A stretch of 63,973 nt of DNA, counting the filler, from Perkinsus olseni (lineage: Eukaryota), in NCBI GenBank assembly GCA_013115125.1. It is 4 parts of 4 records of this genome, joined end to end, with 100 filler letters (N's around TTAATTAATTAA, not from the genome) between each part and the next. Parts side by side here need not be neighbours in the genome. Positions count along the whole stretch, not along the records: positions 17,399 to 34,652 come from JABANN010000651.1; positions 34,753 to 51,993 come from JABANN010000652.1; 2 more parts are not named here. The stretch is one strand, 5' to 3'. The notes under the pieces are model-generated. The model searched no databases, was not told the origin of the DNA, and was given only the letters and a program-made list of their open reading frames with translations. Position 1 is the stretch's first letter. Each line of letters opens with the position of its first letter. Position numbers and translations under genes: made by a program. This document shows, piece after piece, positions 33,553 through 44,445 of this stretch.

Positions 33553-34287
33553 AGGTTGAGTTAAGGTCAACGATGCTGTGAAATGCTTCGTTTTAACATG
33601 TGGATGTGCTGTGATGTTGCTGTTGTTTTTTGAGTGATGCGCAACGTGCTGTGTTGATAGTAAGACAATAATAGAGGAGGGAATGTTATCAACGGACTTA
33701 GTCTGTCGGACTCCCATTCCGTAGGTGTGAAGTTCATCACGAAGGCAGAACCGACGATTTCTGGACGCCAACTCTAACCTCTCGCCTCATCTTCGGGTGT
33801 CTTAGCATCCCGTAGTGGGCCTTACAACAGGATGCTGAGGCCTCACTACGTGGGGAAACAGAGAAGGAAAGCACGCCTCGACCACGGGTTGTTCTGTCGA
33901 TATCCGACCGTAGCCTTTCGACTACAACAGCAATGAGCAACCGCTAGTGAGGACGAGAATGGGACCCTGCGAACTGAGTCGCGACTCGCGACTCGCGAGC
34001 AATTCCCTTAGACATAGTGCAGGAGATATTCTGATGGTCAAAACTCCCGAACTCCTGTCCCACCATTCCAGAATGGCGCGGAGGCTGAATCACACGGTTC
34101 AAGTGTCTTGCCCGTTCTGCTACGGTTCGCGCGTCGCTGCCAACTAACGCAAAAGGCTTTAAATTCAAGGGAACAACATTTACAATATCAATGACGTAAC
34201 GGCATTGACGTTGGCGTAGGTCACGAGTATTAACGAACCGGAGCGAGTTTGCTGGCTCACAGCAGTCCAACAGCGCATCTTCCTGAG

Positions 34288-34478
34288 TTATCCCGGAGGT
34301 TTCGGCAGGCGAGTCGGTACGCTCGACGGTCGAACCTTGCCCGGTAGACTTTCCCCGAAAACCAATCCCATCCTACCCTCATGCGCATCGAAGTGTATAG
34401 TCCTATTTATAAACAGGTGTACTCCCTACGTCCACCGTATGTCTTCGCGCTCCTCAATTTTGAGCGTACAGAATGGTC
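34288..34478 (-). pseudogene. C-terminal fragment of a third pepsin-like protease with an in-frame stop
   Basis: Minus strand reads PFCTLKIEEREDIRWT*GVHLFINRTIHFDAHEGRMGLVFG, homologous to the C-termini of the two upstream proteases. Confidence 0.8.
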
Positions 34479-34652
34479 CCCGGGGTTGGGGGGGGGGGCG
34501 GGGCCCGGGCCGGGGGGGGGGGGGGGGGGCCCGCGGGGGGCCGGGGGGGGGGGGGGATGGGGGGGGGGGGGGCGGCCGGGCGGCGCCCCGGCGGGGGGGG
34601 GCGGCGCGGGACGAGGGGGGGGGAGAAAAAAAAAAAAAAAAAAAGAAAGTGG

Positions 34653-34752
34653 NNNNNNNNNNNNNNNNNNNNNNNNNNNNNNNNNNNNNNNNNNNNTTAA
34701 TTAATTAANNNNNNNNNNNNNNNNNNNNNNNNNNNNNNNNNNNNNNNNNNNN
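34653..34752. other. Artificial contig linker
   Basis: TTAATTAATTAA at 34697-34708 within a 100-nt N spacer. Confidence 0.97.
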
Positions 34753-34862
34753 CCTCAAACACGTAGTATGTGCTGAATTAGACTGATTTTTGTGATTTGC
34801 ATATCGAATTGGAACACCCTGTAGGTAGAAACTTATGCCGGTGAAACAAAAGAAACTCTAGA

Positions 34863-34880
34863 TTGCTATCTTGGCTCAAG
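34863..34880 (+). other. Spliced-leader-like relic
   Basis: TTGCTATCTTGGCTCAAG matches 16 of the last 18 nt of the Perkinsus SL ACCGTAGCCATCTTGGCTCAAG, with the last 13 exact. Confidence 0.55.
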
Positions 34881-35386
34881 GCTGGTTCTTTATTCTTTTG
34901 CTTTGGTTGCTCCACGCAACTACTCTGTCATCATTCATCAATGGCCAATAACGAGTTGCGCAACAGCAGTCGGGATATCTCTACAACATTCTACAACTTT
35001 AGATTGCGCGTACTGTATGCAGGTGCCACCCGTGCAAGGGACAACTCGCGTGCCTTCTCTGGTTGAATATAACCCTGAGAATAGCTTCTTGACAATCTAT
35101 CTGATCGCACCGCATGTCAATGCTACAGAGAGTCCCCGACTGTGCACATTGGCAAGAGTCTAACTGAGCCGGAACCGTAAGCGATGGACTATAAACTCAC
35201 ACACACAAACGCACACGCGTGCCTTCGATCATCGAGTGATCGATAATCCTCCCTGAGCTATCGAGGCGCATCGTAGCATTGCCCTCATCTTTACATTTCT
35301 GATGACCGATTGTTGGGACGCTCCGGCCCGTTTGCTCTACGGTTTCGCTGTTTCACAGTTCAAGAGTTTTTGACACTCAAGCGCCC

Positions 35387-37337
35387 TTGACTACGACAGC
35401 AACTCTCGGGACTCTGCTGCGCGCTGCTGGAACTCGGCCTCGGCGGCCATTCACGCTTCTAGCGGCGGTGGCACTCACCATGGTGGCGGTTCCCAGACTG
35501 GTCAGCTTGATCAGAACTATGCTGGCGCAATCCCGGAGTCTGCCGTTCCCCGGCCCGCGGGTGAGAAGGCTCGACGATATACATCATATCACGAGAGTCC
35601 TTCCTCAGGGCTTGCCCATCGTCGGCATGGCCCTCGAGCTAACTCCACATGTAGCGTTGAGGAAAATGATGATGTGGACTGACACGTATGGTGGAACGTT
35701 CGCTTTTTGGTGAGCCTTCCTGCGTCCTTTCCTCGCACCGTGAGCCTTCTCGCTAATTGCAGGATCTTCTTCACTCCCGTCATCGTCACGTCCGACCTTA
35801 AGGTCATAAGAGAAGTTATGCGCGACTCACCGAAGATCTACAGTCCGGAGATACGCAAGAGTCGGCGGTTGGACGAACTGGATATGCCAACTCTGTTGAC
35901 CGCCGATGGAGATGAATGGAAGATGCACCGCCGAATGACAGCCCCGGCATTCAGCGAGAAGAATGCTGATGCGATGCTGCCAACAATTGCCAAAATATCT
36001 CGCCGCTTGGTAGGGGTGAGAATATACATTTCTTATCGAGCGACTCTCCTCAGGTGAACCAGCTCTCGAAGGAGACAAGTCATTCGGGTACAGTCAGTAG
36101 ACGAGTAGATCCGCTCAAATGGTTTCGCCTGGTTACTCTTGACATCATGTTCGCAGTCTCTCAAGGAGAAGACTGGGGATTTCTCGACTCGAGTGAGTTT
36201 GACGACGCAGTTGTGTATGCACTTGACTTTTTCAGGCCCGAGAAGTGGCTTCGTTCTAGAGATGGTAGAGAACTTCCTCGATGGCATCACTTTCCTCATG
36301 ATGAACTCCGGCATGGCAATGATGATACAGCACCGATTTCCTTGGAATCTCAACCCACGCGTTCGCCGGGTAGCAGACCTTACGGGCCTTCGGACTCCTT
36401 AGACTTCGGTGAATCGTAGAGCTGCTCTGTTCAGGCGCATGCAGCACTTCAAAGGGCCGCCCATTTCACAAGGAACGCCATAGATAAGCGGAGGGCTGAG
36501 CTCGAGGCGGGAGAGGAACCCAGGAAGGATATCCTGGATCAACTGATCCAATCGGACACGGACGCCTTGGGGGGGGAACCTTCTGGGGTGAATATTTTCG
36601 TGAAGAAATTCTCTCTCTTCTTGATGATATCATGATGATCAGGTTCATTGTTGCCGGGAGCGAAACGGTAGCGATATCCCTCTCGTGGTTAACCTACACG
36701 TTGTGTAAGTACCCTGACGTCCAGGCCAAAGCTCGCGCGGAAGCCATGTCGCTTGGGCATGACCCCACAACAGCCGACGACCTCGCTAATCTCCCTTATC
36801 TGGAAGCATGTGTATTAGAAAATATCAGAGTACCAAGCTGGCTGTGTAGGCCGGCACTATCCCAACAGGATTCACGCTAGGTCCAAGCGGTAGACCAGAC
36901 CTTCCCCCGGGTCAACTCCGAACCATCGGAAATCGATAGCAAGCCAGTGGCGGCCAATACGGTCGTTATCCTGTTGCTCGGGCGCGCTCTCATACACCCT
37001 GCTCGTGGTGGAACCGACTTCAAGTAACACCCTCGATAGGAGTGCATCAGGGATACAGTTGTTCACTATTCTTTCTCATCTCAGACCAGAGCGGTGGCTG
37101 GGAAGCGACGGGAAAGTCGACAGGAACCACATGAGGGACATTCCTATTTTCGGCGACGGCCCACGAGTTTGTCCTGGGCGGATGCTGGCGGTGAAAGAGA
37201 TAGTTATCATCGCGGCTACATTACTTCGTCATTGCAGCGATATAAGACTTAGTCGCCAATATCTTGAGGTCGGCACTAGAATTAATTTGACCCGTACCCC
37301 GACCAATTTGTATCTTGACTTGGAGTTCAGAGTCTAA
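35387..37337 (+). CDS. Cytochrome P450, multi-exon (apparent +1 frameshift in a G-run; start uncertain)
   Basis: N-terminal TM and PGP, WKMHRR, I-helix AGSET, K-helix ENIR, PERW and heme motif FGDGPRVCPG. Confidence 0.92.
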
Positions 37338-37616
37338 GCCCTCTTCCGAATAAAACTTCCCTACGTCACGGTCCTTGGCGTTCACTGTTCGAAAAGAACT
37401 TTCTGAAGGGGACATTTCAAGGATTTGCATTAGTTGCCTTTGGGTACTAATGTCACCCTCTATACCGATGACCACCAAGAAGTCTCAATGATACGCCCAG
37501 GGCTTGTTGCTATCGGGTAGATGCGCTGTTTGATGTTTGCTTGAAGAACACTACACTGATCTTCTAATAGAGCCCTCAATACTAGCAGTGATTAGACAAC
37601 TTCCATTGCCAATAGT

Positions 37617-39395
37617 TGTCAATCTTATGGAAACCGCAACGGGGTTCCCGAAATACGAAATTCACGGGGAAACCCATAGACGCTGAGGTTGAGAGAGGCA
37701 TACGCGAAACCAGAACCCGTGGGAGGGGACACCTCCTCGAGACCAGATTCGCGAATGCAGACCCGGGAGTAGCTAGGGAAAGGAGATGACGTGGAGACCA
37801 TCAAACTCCAAAATCCCGAGCCGCTCCGGGTCCCCCAACGTCAAGGGAATGGGAGGGATGGGAAAGAGCTATAACACTTCTTCGCACATCCACCAACGCC
37901 TCCATGTATTACTCCACGACTAGCTCACTAGCCAGTCATCGGTGCCACAACCCGTACACGCTTTCGCGTTCGCCCGGGCCGCAAGGGTGATCCTAATCAC
38001 ATCGAACCACAGCTAGAGGTTTCCCCCGCAAGAAATCGTTCCGCATTTCTCTACGATAGAGATTTCAATTTCCACTTTTTTACCACCCCGAGCGCTATTC
38101 GCTCCTACAGTGAAGTAGAACTCCTACTCCCGAAGTTCCTCCTTCACGCGTCCGTCAAGACTCTTCCCTAGAGATGTGACCCTAGGCCCACACAACCGTG
38201 GCCCCTTAGAAGCGAAACTTTACCGGGCTCACTACGCGTGTGGCAGCTTATCTTCGACGGTAGCGTAGTGTCTCTCCGTTAGGTCTATAAATATGCAACT
38301 CCTGCACGGCTTTGCCTCTACTGTTGTTTCTTTCTAGTGGCACTGTACCCGAATAAACGTAGACGCGCTAGATTCCCTTCCTTGGCGCATCTGAAAGCTG
38401 CGTTTTGGCGCTGAGTAACCGACAGTTATTCCCATAAAATGCGTTCTGACCTTCTCATCCTCTCTACAGTAGTTCGTGTCTATGATCGCCAGTCGCAACT
38501 TATAGGCGTGGAGGGGAAATACGTCTACCGGAGTGCTCGTTGCACTGTTCTAGCTTCTGGACCACCTCCTCCCAGTCCCTCGCGGCCACGGTTTCACCGT
38601 ATCCATGAGGTGTGGCCGTATTCTATTTGAGAGCTGGAAACTGCTCGACGAGTTATTCCAGTGCTCGCACAGTTCGACGAACTGAGTTCGGTTCTCGGCA
38701 AAGCAGGCCGTGAACGTTTGTCCCCGTGCCCGAATTTCAGGACTTGTAGTTCAAAGCCTCCTTCGCCGTAGAAGCCTACCAAACACCACAGCTCTTCGAG
38801 CTGTGAGTGTTTGGTCTCGTCTGGCATGGATAAGGGTGTCTCAGAGATTGGTTTGATAGTCATAAGTTGAGAGTTTGGTTTATTAAGGAGTCTGGGTATT
38901 TGGGCCTGATACTCGGGCCGAAACTCGTTTCGTTGGGGTTGCGATGTACATCATACAGTACATTCACAAATATCCCCAACCCGAGTATCTAGCTGCACAA
39001 AACAGGCGATCTCATCTCGGACATTCACGACTCGAACTTAACCCTTCAAACAAGGGCACAACTCGCACAAGGTCTCTAATGCCCGAGAGATATATCGCTG
39101 ATTTGTGCTTGCCCAATAAATTGACCGCATAATCACACCGTTACCTCTCCGACGAACTTCGGATTCAACGTCCCTTCCCAATAGTGAATGGCTCAGCTGA
39201 ATACCGACACTAGATCCCGATCTGAGTAGGGTTTCCTGACTCGGGTAGTTGCTGAGTGAAGAGTAGAGATGAGGTTTTAGATGATCGTGGCTTGGCATGT
39301 AAGGTTACATGATCGGAATGGACTCGTTGGCTGAGGTCATGTGCTTAAGAGAGCTCACCCATGACACCTCGGTGATCTCGCAACTTTCGACCGTA
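37617..39395 (-). mobile_element. Decayed Gypsy-like LTR retrotransposon remnant (integrase C-terminus plus putative LTR 37617-38424)
   Basis: Minus-strand fragments YGRKLR, DLVSVF and TLNPKFVGEVTV resemble Gypsy integrase tails. TGTC...GACA termini bound a noncoding block, part of which recurs at 51922-51988. Confidence 0.5.
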
Positions 39396-39396
39396 A

Positions 39397-39640
39397 AGGC
39401 TGGATGACAGAGACTCGCCACCGAAGCTGAGTATCCTCGGGGAACAGCGCCGTTCAGCCCGACCAACTCATTCTACATGATCGAAGCTGTAGCTGGGTAT
39501 CCTCTGCTCGACTTCAGCTTCGTAATGGTAATGTTCGTCAGGTTGTTGACAACCTTCCACTGGTCGCCGCTAGGGCCTAGCGGCGCTGAGGAAATGGAGG
39601 GCGATCCCCGGTACATGACGATGAGAAAAAGTGAATAAAC
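39397..39640 (-). pseudogene. Internally deleted fragment of a GH18-like gene (paralog of 42617-43679)
   Basis: High nucleotide similarity to about 43090-43270 including the intron, then a jump to the start-codon region at about 43660-43700. Confidence 0.88.
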
Positions 39641-39802
39641 GTGGGTTGTGTCCCCGCTGTGCGCGGTCAAACGCGGGAAGTTCCTGCCGATCCCGCCGGG
39701 AACCGCTGGCGTAACTTACGCCGCGTTAGTCATCGGGGAGGGTAGTCGCAGACCCCTCGTTACCTTATTGCCGTAGTAACCTCCCTGTAGTCAAAGGTTC
39801 CA

Positions 39803-39845
39803 GTGCTGAGAAACGCGGCAAATATACCATGCACAGCACGATGTA
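39803..39845 (+). repeat. Dispersed conserved hairpin motif, copy B
   Basis: GTGCTGAGAAACGCGGCAAATATACCATGCACAGCACGATGTA, 37/43 identical to copy C. Confidence 0.8.
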
Positions 39846-39889
39846 TGAGGGGCGTTTCAAACAAACTCGCTGACTCAGCGCGTTTGCTC

Positions 39890-42335
39890 GAGTTTCTCAG
39901 AAATCGCTGAGCGATTTCTGAGAACGGCCAGCCTACAACAGTCGGACGTCAGAATCCGTCACTACAGCGAAATTGAATCCACTACCAGCGAAATTGATTT
40001 CCGCATTCTGTCGAGATTGGACTTACTTCGGTTGCGCCGGCGAAATTGATGCCAGTAACGTCGCTAAAGCTAGAAATGCGGTGGCATGTCGGCTTTCTTC
40101 AACGGACCAAACTAAACACACATGCATATCGCTGAGTATTGGATGCCTCAGCCATCAAAATGCATTATTGGCGAAATCGCTCATGGCAGAGGTCAACAAC
40201 ACATTATCTCTCGACGAACAAGAGGAAAACAGCAACTTCGAAGGGCAGTTCGGCGAGGTCACAGGCTGGTGCATGACGACATCCAAATTCCTCAGACAGT
40301 CATATATCAATAGACTCTACTCGTCGATGAAGGGAACCTTAGTTCCGACCATAGGGACGACGAGGTGGTTATCGTCAGTGACCTGTCTTCGCAAACTCCT
40401 CGATAATTGGGACACCATAAAAGTTCTCCTCGAAACCCTGAGAGAGCAGGAACTTGACAAGTACTAGATAGTGCCTAGTGGACGCGTCGCTCGCTACCTG
40501 TTCTTGATGTCATATACCGCCTCCTGACTCGTCATATATCATCTTTCAGTCTAAATGACAAGTTGCTCAAGAAACTGGAGACCATGGAGGAGCTGTGAAC
40601 CCCTGAGAACCGGGAGAGAGCGACGGAAACCTACGAAATAATGCGACCATTAGCCGATCTCAACTATTTCCTTCAAGCAGACGACACTACTCTGTTCGAG
40701 GGGATTAAGAACGTTGTGGACGTGTACACCAAACTATCACAAGATGAGAGGCTCTCCGCTGAGTCCCGAAAAATCGTCAAGAAAAGGTAATTCACCAGCG
40801 CTCTCGAACGGTGCTCAGCCGCAACCCACGAGAGGAGTAATGGATGTACTCAGGATCAAGAATAAGAACATCAAGAAATACAGATGGATCCTTCACTTCG
40901 ACCCGGTTCAGCATGCTCTCACGGCAGAGCCATCGCGACGTGCCGAAGTCCTAGCCAGCATCAGCCAGGGCATCAAAGACTTCAGCGAGACTCAGCCGGA
41001 AGGAATCTCCATGGAAAAGGGCTTGAGAGATATCGCAGACTACCTAAACAGGACAGGTAATGCCTCAAGATGAGCAAGGATACGCACCCGAGAATCGAGT
41101 GGAATCCACTCAGTGGATGTTCTCTACTAGGTAATCACAAGAAGATCCCAATCGAAGCGCTATCAACGATGTCCGCTAAAGATTACTGGGGGCAGTTCAA
41201 CGCAGACAGTCGCTTGGCTTACTTCTTGTACTTGACGACCATATCACCGTCTGGAACGGCTGCACAAGAGCGCTTCTTTTCATCAGCAAAATTCGTCGCT
41301 AGGTGAGCCGCAGCGAAAAGTAGCGCCCGCCATCACAATCGAGCCAGTGGGTGCGTTCTCAAACGTTTCCTACTAAAGCTGCACTCTGCGGGATTTGAAC
41401 CCGCGTCAATCGCACGATGACTATGCGTATCACTTGCTACGCTAAATTTGCGCACGTACTAGCGCCTGCCCATTAACCATGAACATACAACTGCACTAGT
41501 TCCTATTTTGGTGGCATACGCGAGATTAGCTGAGTATTCGCTTCCGTAATACTTTGCATTTGAATGCGGCTCCTCGGCTATGGAGCCATATTTGATTGGC
41601 AGGGAGAACCTGAAGACGCGGAAGATCTTCCGTGATGCCTTCCTCAAGTGGACAACGCGGAAAAAAATGCAAAGCAAGACATCGAGCGGCTCGGCAGTAG
41701 CGCTAAGTGGAGAGTCTGATACGTCCTAGATATCCAAATCATTTGATCACCGACTTTCGGTAGATGCAATACGACATATTGTTATTGTTCCCGTCAGCTG
41801 TGAAGATGAATGAAGCTGTTATGTTGTTGTGAAGATGCTTTTGTTGTTAAGGTGTTAACGAGATATAGCGGGTTGCGCTCTTAGTCCATCTCCTTACCCA
41901 TGAAGTCAGCCGTGTGCCGTCGAATGAGTCAACGGATAGAATTCCTCAATTGTAGCAATCAAATTGTGTACATTTTACTGAGCCGGATGTACCCAACGCG
42001 CACTCAACGCAACGCTGATGGTGAAGACTGACGTGTAGTTGAATTTCCGTATCATTCCAGGATAGACAGGCGGTCCGCCAGGGGCGGACCTTGAGAGAAA
42101 ATTGAATCTTTTCATTATTTCCTTATTTTTTCCTATTTTTCCTATTTTTCCCTATTTTTCCTCTATTTTTCTTTTATTCTGTCCGGAAATTTTACGAAGG
42201 AAAGAATCGGTTTTCTATCTTTCCGTCAGCCACCCTGTATCGCGCGCACTGGCGAAATTGATCTTACTAAGGCATATCTTGGCGCGGGTAATCGCTCGCC
42301 CTGCGAAATTGATCTTACTAATCGCGAAATAGGCC
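39890..42335 (+). mobile_element. Defective hAT DNA transposon with intron-containing transposase remnant (about 40040-41729); termini unresolved
   Basis: DASNVAKA, CLSH (CxxH), TRWLS and C-terminal ISPSGTAAQERFFS. GCGAAATTGA repeats occur at both ends (about 39967-40050 and 42252-42313). Frameshifts and stops are present. Confidence 0.82.
41380..41451 (-). pseudogene. Degenerate tRNA-like element inside a transposase intron
   Basis: Reverse complement GCAAATTTAGCGTAGCAAGTGATACGCATAGTCATCGTGCGATTGACGCGGGTTCAAATCCCGCAGAGTGCA has a perfect T-arm/B-box and a GCGT/ACGC D-stem, but mismatches in the acceptor stem. Confidence 0.65.
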
Positions 42336-42616
42336 TTGAAAAGGTGTAGTCACGGACGAGTGGGATCTCTAGTAAAGATCCCTCACCGAAGCGCACTGAT
42401 AACTCAAGTCTTGTTTGGCTCCAAGAATAGACTGATTCGAAGGGTACAATCCCTCCCGACAACGTGCTCGATATTTTGAAGTAGTCAGTCATCGGGTGAT
42501 TACAGCCAAGAATGTTTTCGACAAAATGATGAAGATCAAGCTTGAGGTAACAGAAGCCGGACTGATCGGGAATTGAGAGGCTCCCAAATTCAGTCTCACT
42601 GAGGGTGATTCCCGAG

Positions 42617-43679
42617 CTAGCCCTGTAGAGCAGCGTGTAGCAGAGAAGATGCGTTGTTAGGAGGTAGATCGAAGGCAGGGAACAATATACCCAAGCCGTG
42701 CAAACTCCTGTTTCTGATAAGTTGGGCCTTCCCTTCAACTTGCTTTTGCGAGTTATAATAGAAGTCCTTGAAGTGCCCATCCCCATACGCCGGCGCTCCC
42801 GCATCGATCAAATTTCTATAAGACTCAGCGTTGCTGAGATTATCGTAGCGGCCGTCAGGGATTATCTGAGAACAACTGCCAATGGACCGCACCCTCGAGC
42901 TGTGAATATCTGCAAACTCACAGTGAAGGAAAGATGCGAGATGTTGGCGGAGTAGTTGAGCAAGCGAGTCGTTATGTTTTCTGCCCAATCCACGCTTATT
43001 TGGGTCTTGTAGTCCACGGAGTCGGTGTCGAGCAGGCAGTAGTCCCGATCCGTATAGTTCCACGGCTGGTGAACCTTGAGGTCTTCCCAAAGGCTAGATG
43101 ACAGAGACTCGCCACCGAACCTGAGTATCTCCGAGGTACAGCGCTTTTCAGCTCGACCAACTCGTTTTACATGATCGAAGCTGTAGCTGGGTATCCTCTG
43201 CTCGACTTCAGCTTCGTACTGGTAATGTTCGTCAGGTTGTTGACGACATTCCACTGGTCGCCGCTGGGCATCACTGCTTTGACCCACAACTCGAAAAGAA
43301 GGCCGTCAGCGTTGTAGTCCTTGATGGTAGCTTGAGCTTCGGCGGCGAAGTCGGAGAGACTCCTGCTGCTATTAACGATGAAGGGCTGCGGGACAACGCC
43401 TAGCGACACACTGCCATTGTACTTCACGGCATAGTTGTGTATTTCCTCAGCAAGAGGGATCGTCATCCATTTGCGAGGGAAGATAATAGACCCGTCGGGC
43501 CCGAGCCAGTTCCCGGCCAGGATGACATGCTCAACGCCTGCCTCGAACAAATCACGATAACCGCTCGCATTGAGTTTATCGATCGCAGTGACGGCAACCG
43601 TCACGGGCACAGCCTCGGCTGCCGGTATCCACAGAAGTGCAACGCTGAGAAGATGCATGAAGGGCGATCCACGGCACAT
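42617..43679 (-). CDS. Secreted GH18 chitinase-like protein lacking the catalytic motif, three exons
   Basis: Signal peptide. YNADGLLFELW sits at the FDGIDIDWE position. C-terminal FYYNSQKQVEGKAQLIRNRSLHGLGIL...FDLP. Two short GT-AG introns join the ORFs. Confidence 0.72.
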
Positions 43680-44445
43680 GACGATGAGGAGAAGTGAGAA
43701 AGTGAAAACTGAGAAGATCCACGAGCTCTCACTAGTCATAGCTGGAAGGAGGTTGTTTATTCTAAGGATGCTCTTAACAGGCAAGAGCAGTTAATGATCA
43801 GTCCATCAGTTAAACTGATCGGCCGCCCAGAATGACTTAGTGAGGTGGCGTGCACGCATGATACGGAGCGCACGTATACCAACGCTCAACTCTCGGTAAG
43901 GGTAATGTTTTGAACCTTGACAAGTTTAACTTGTAGGAAGAATTTCCTGGAGAGGATGAGTATGCGATCAGCACTCGTATTAAGACAACCAGTTGAAGGA
44001 ATGTCGAAGTACTCGGAATAGGGATCAAAGAGTAACGAGGAGAGAACGAGGGACCCGGTGCACGCGCGGCTGCAGGGACAATTTGTCCTGGACAAATGGC
44101 TCCGCTGGCGACGGCAGTTCGAGAGATGATAGCCGCTCCCTATTCAGTGCTTCCTCGTTGCAGTGTAGTGCTTGACTGATATCGCAGTATCTCCAACTTC
44201 CGTCACAGCAATCTGCACTCTGACAGCCACTGTAAAAGGTTTTCCAAAACCTCGTGAGCACTTTTGGGTACGTGCAAGTCGGGGCTCTGTGAGAGTTTCG
44301 GATCAAATGTTTGGGGTGTTATGGCCCATCAATCGGCATGATGCCGAATTACGTAGCTGGCGATGTAAGAAAGACCATTCAACGCGCTCCTAGAGGTGGG
44401 TGGCTAAGACGATCATGGTTCGGCGCAATTAAGTTATCGGCGGGG

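Noticed and set aside
33907-33915. ACCGTAGCC (SL 5' half) here and at 46886-46894
   Set aside because: 9-nt matches with poor continuation, too weak to call.
34480-34652. G-rich and poly-A tract as a G-quadruplex or Gly-rich ORF
   Set aside because: It abruptly replaces protease sequence at a contig end and looks like low-quality read tail.
39790-42345. AAAGGT-containing flanks as the hAT target-site duplication
   Set aside because: Only 6 of 8 positions match and the adjacent ends are not inverted repeats.
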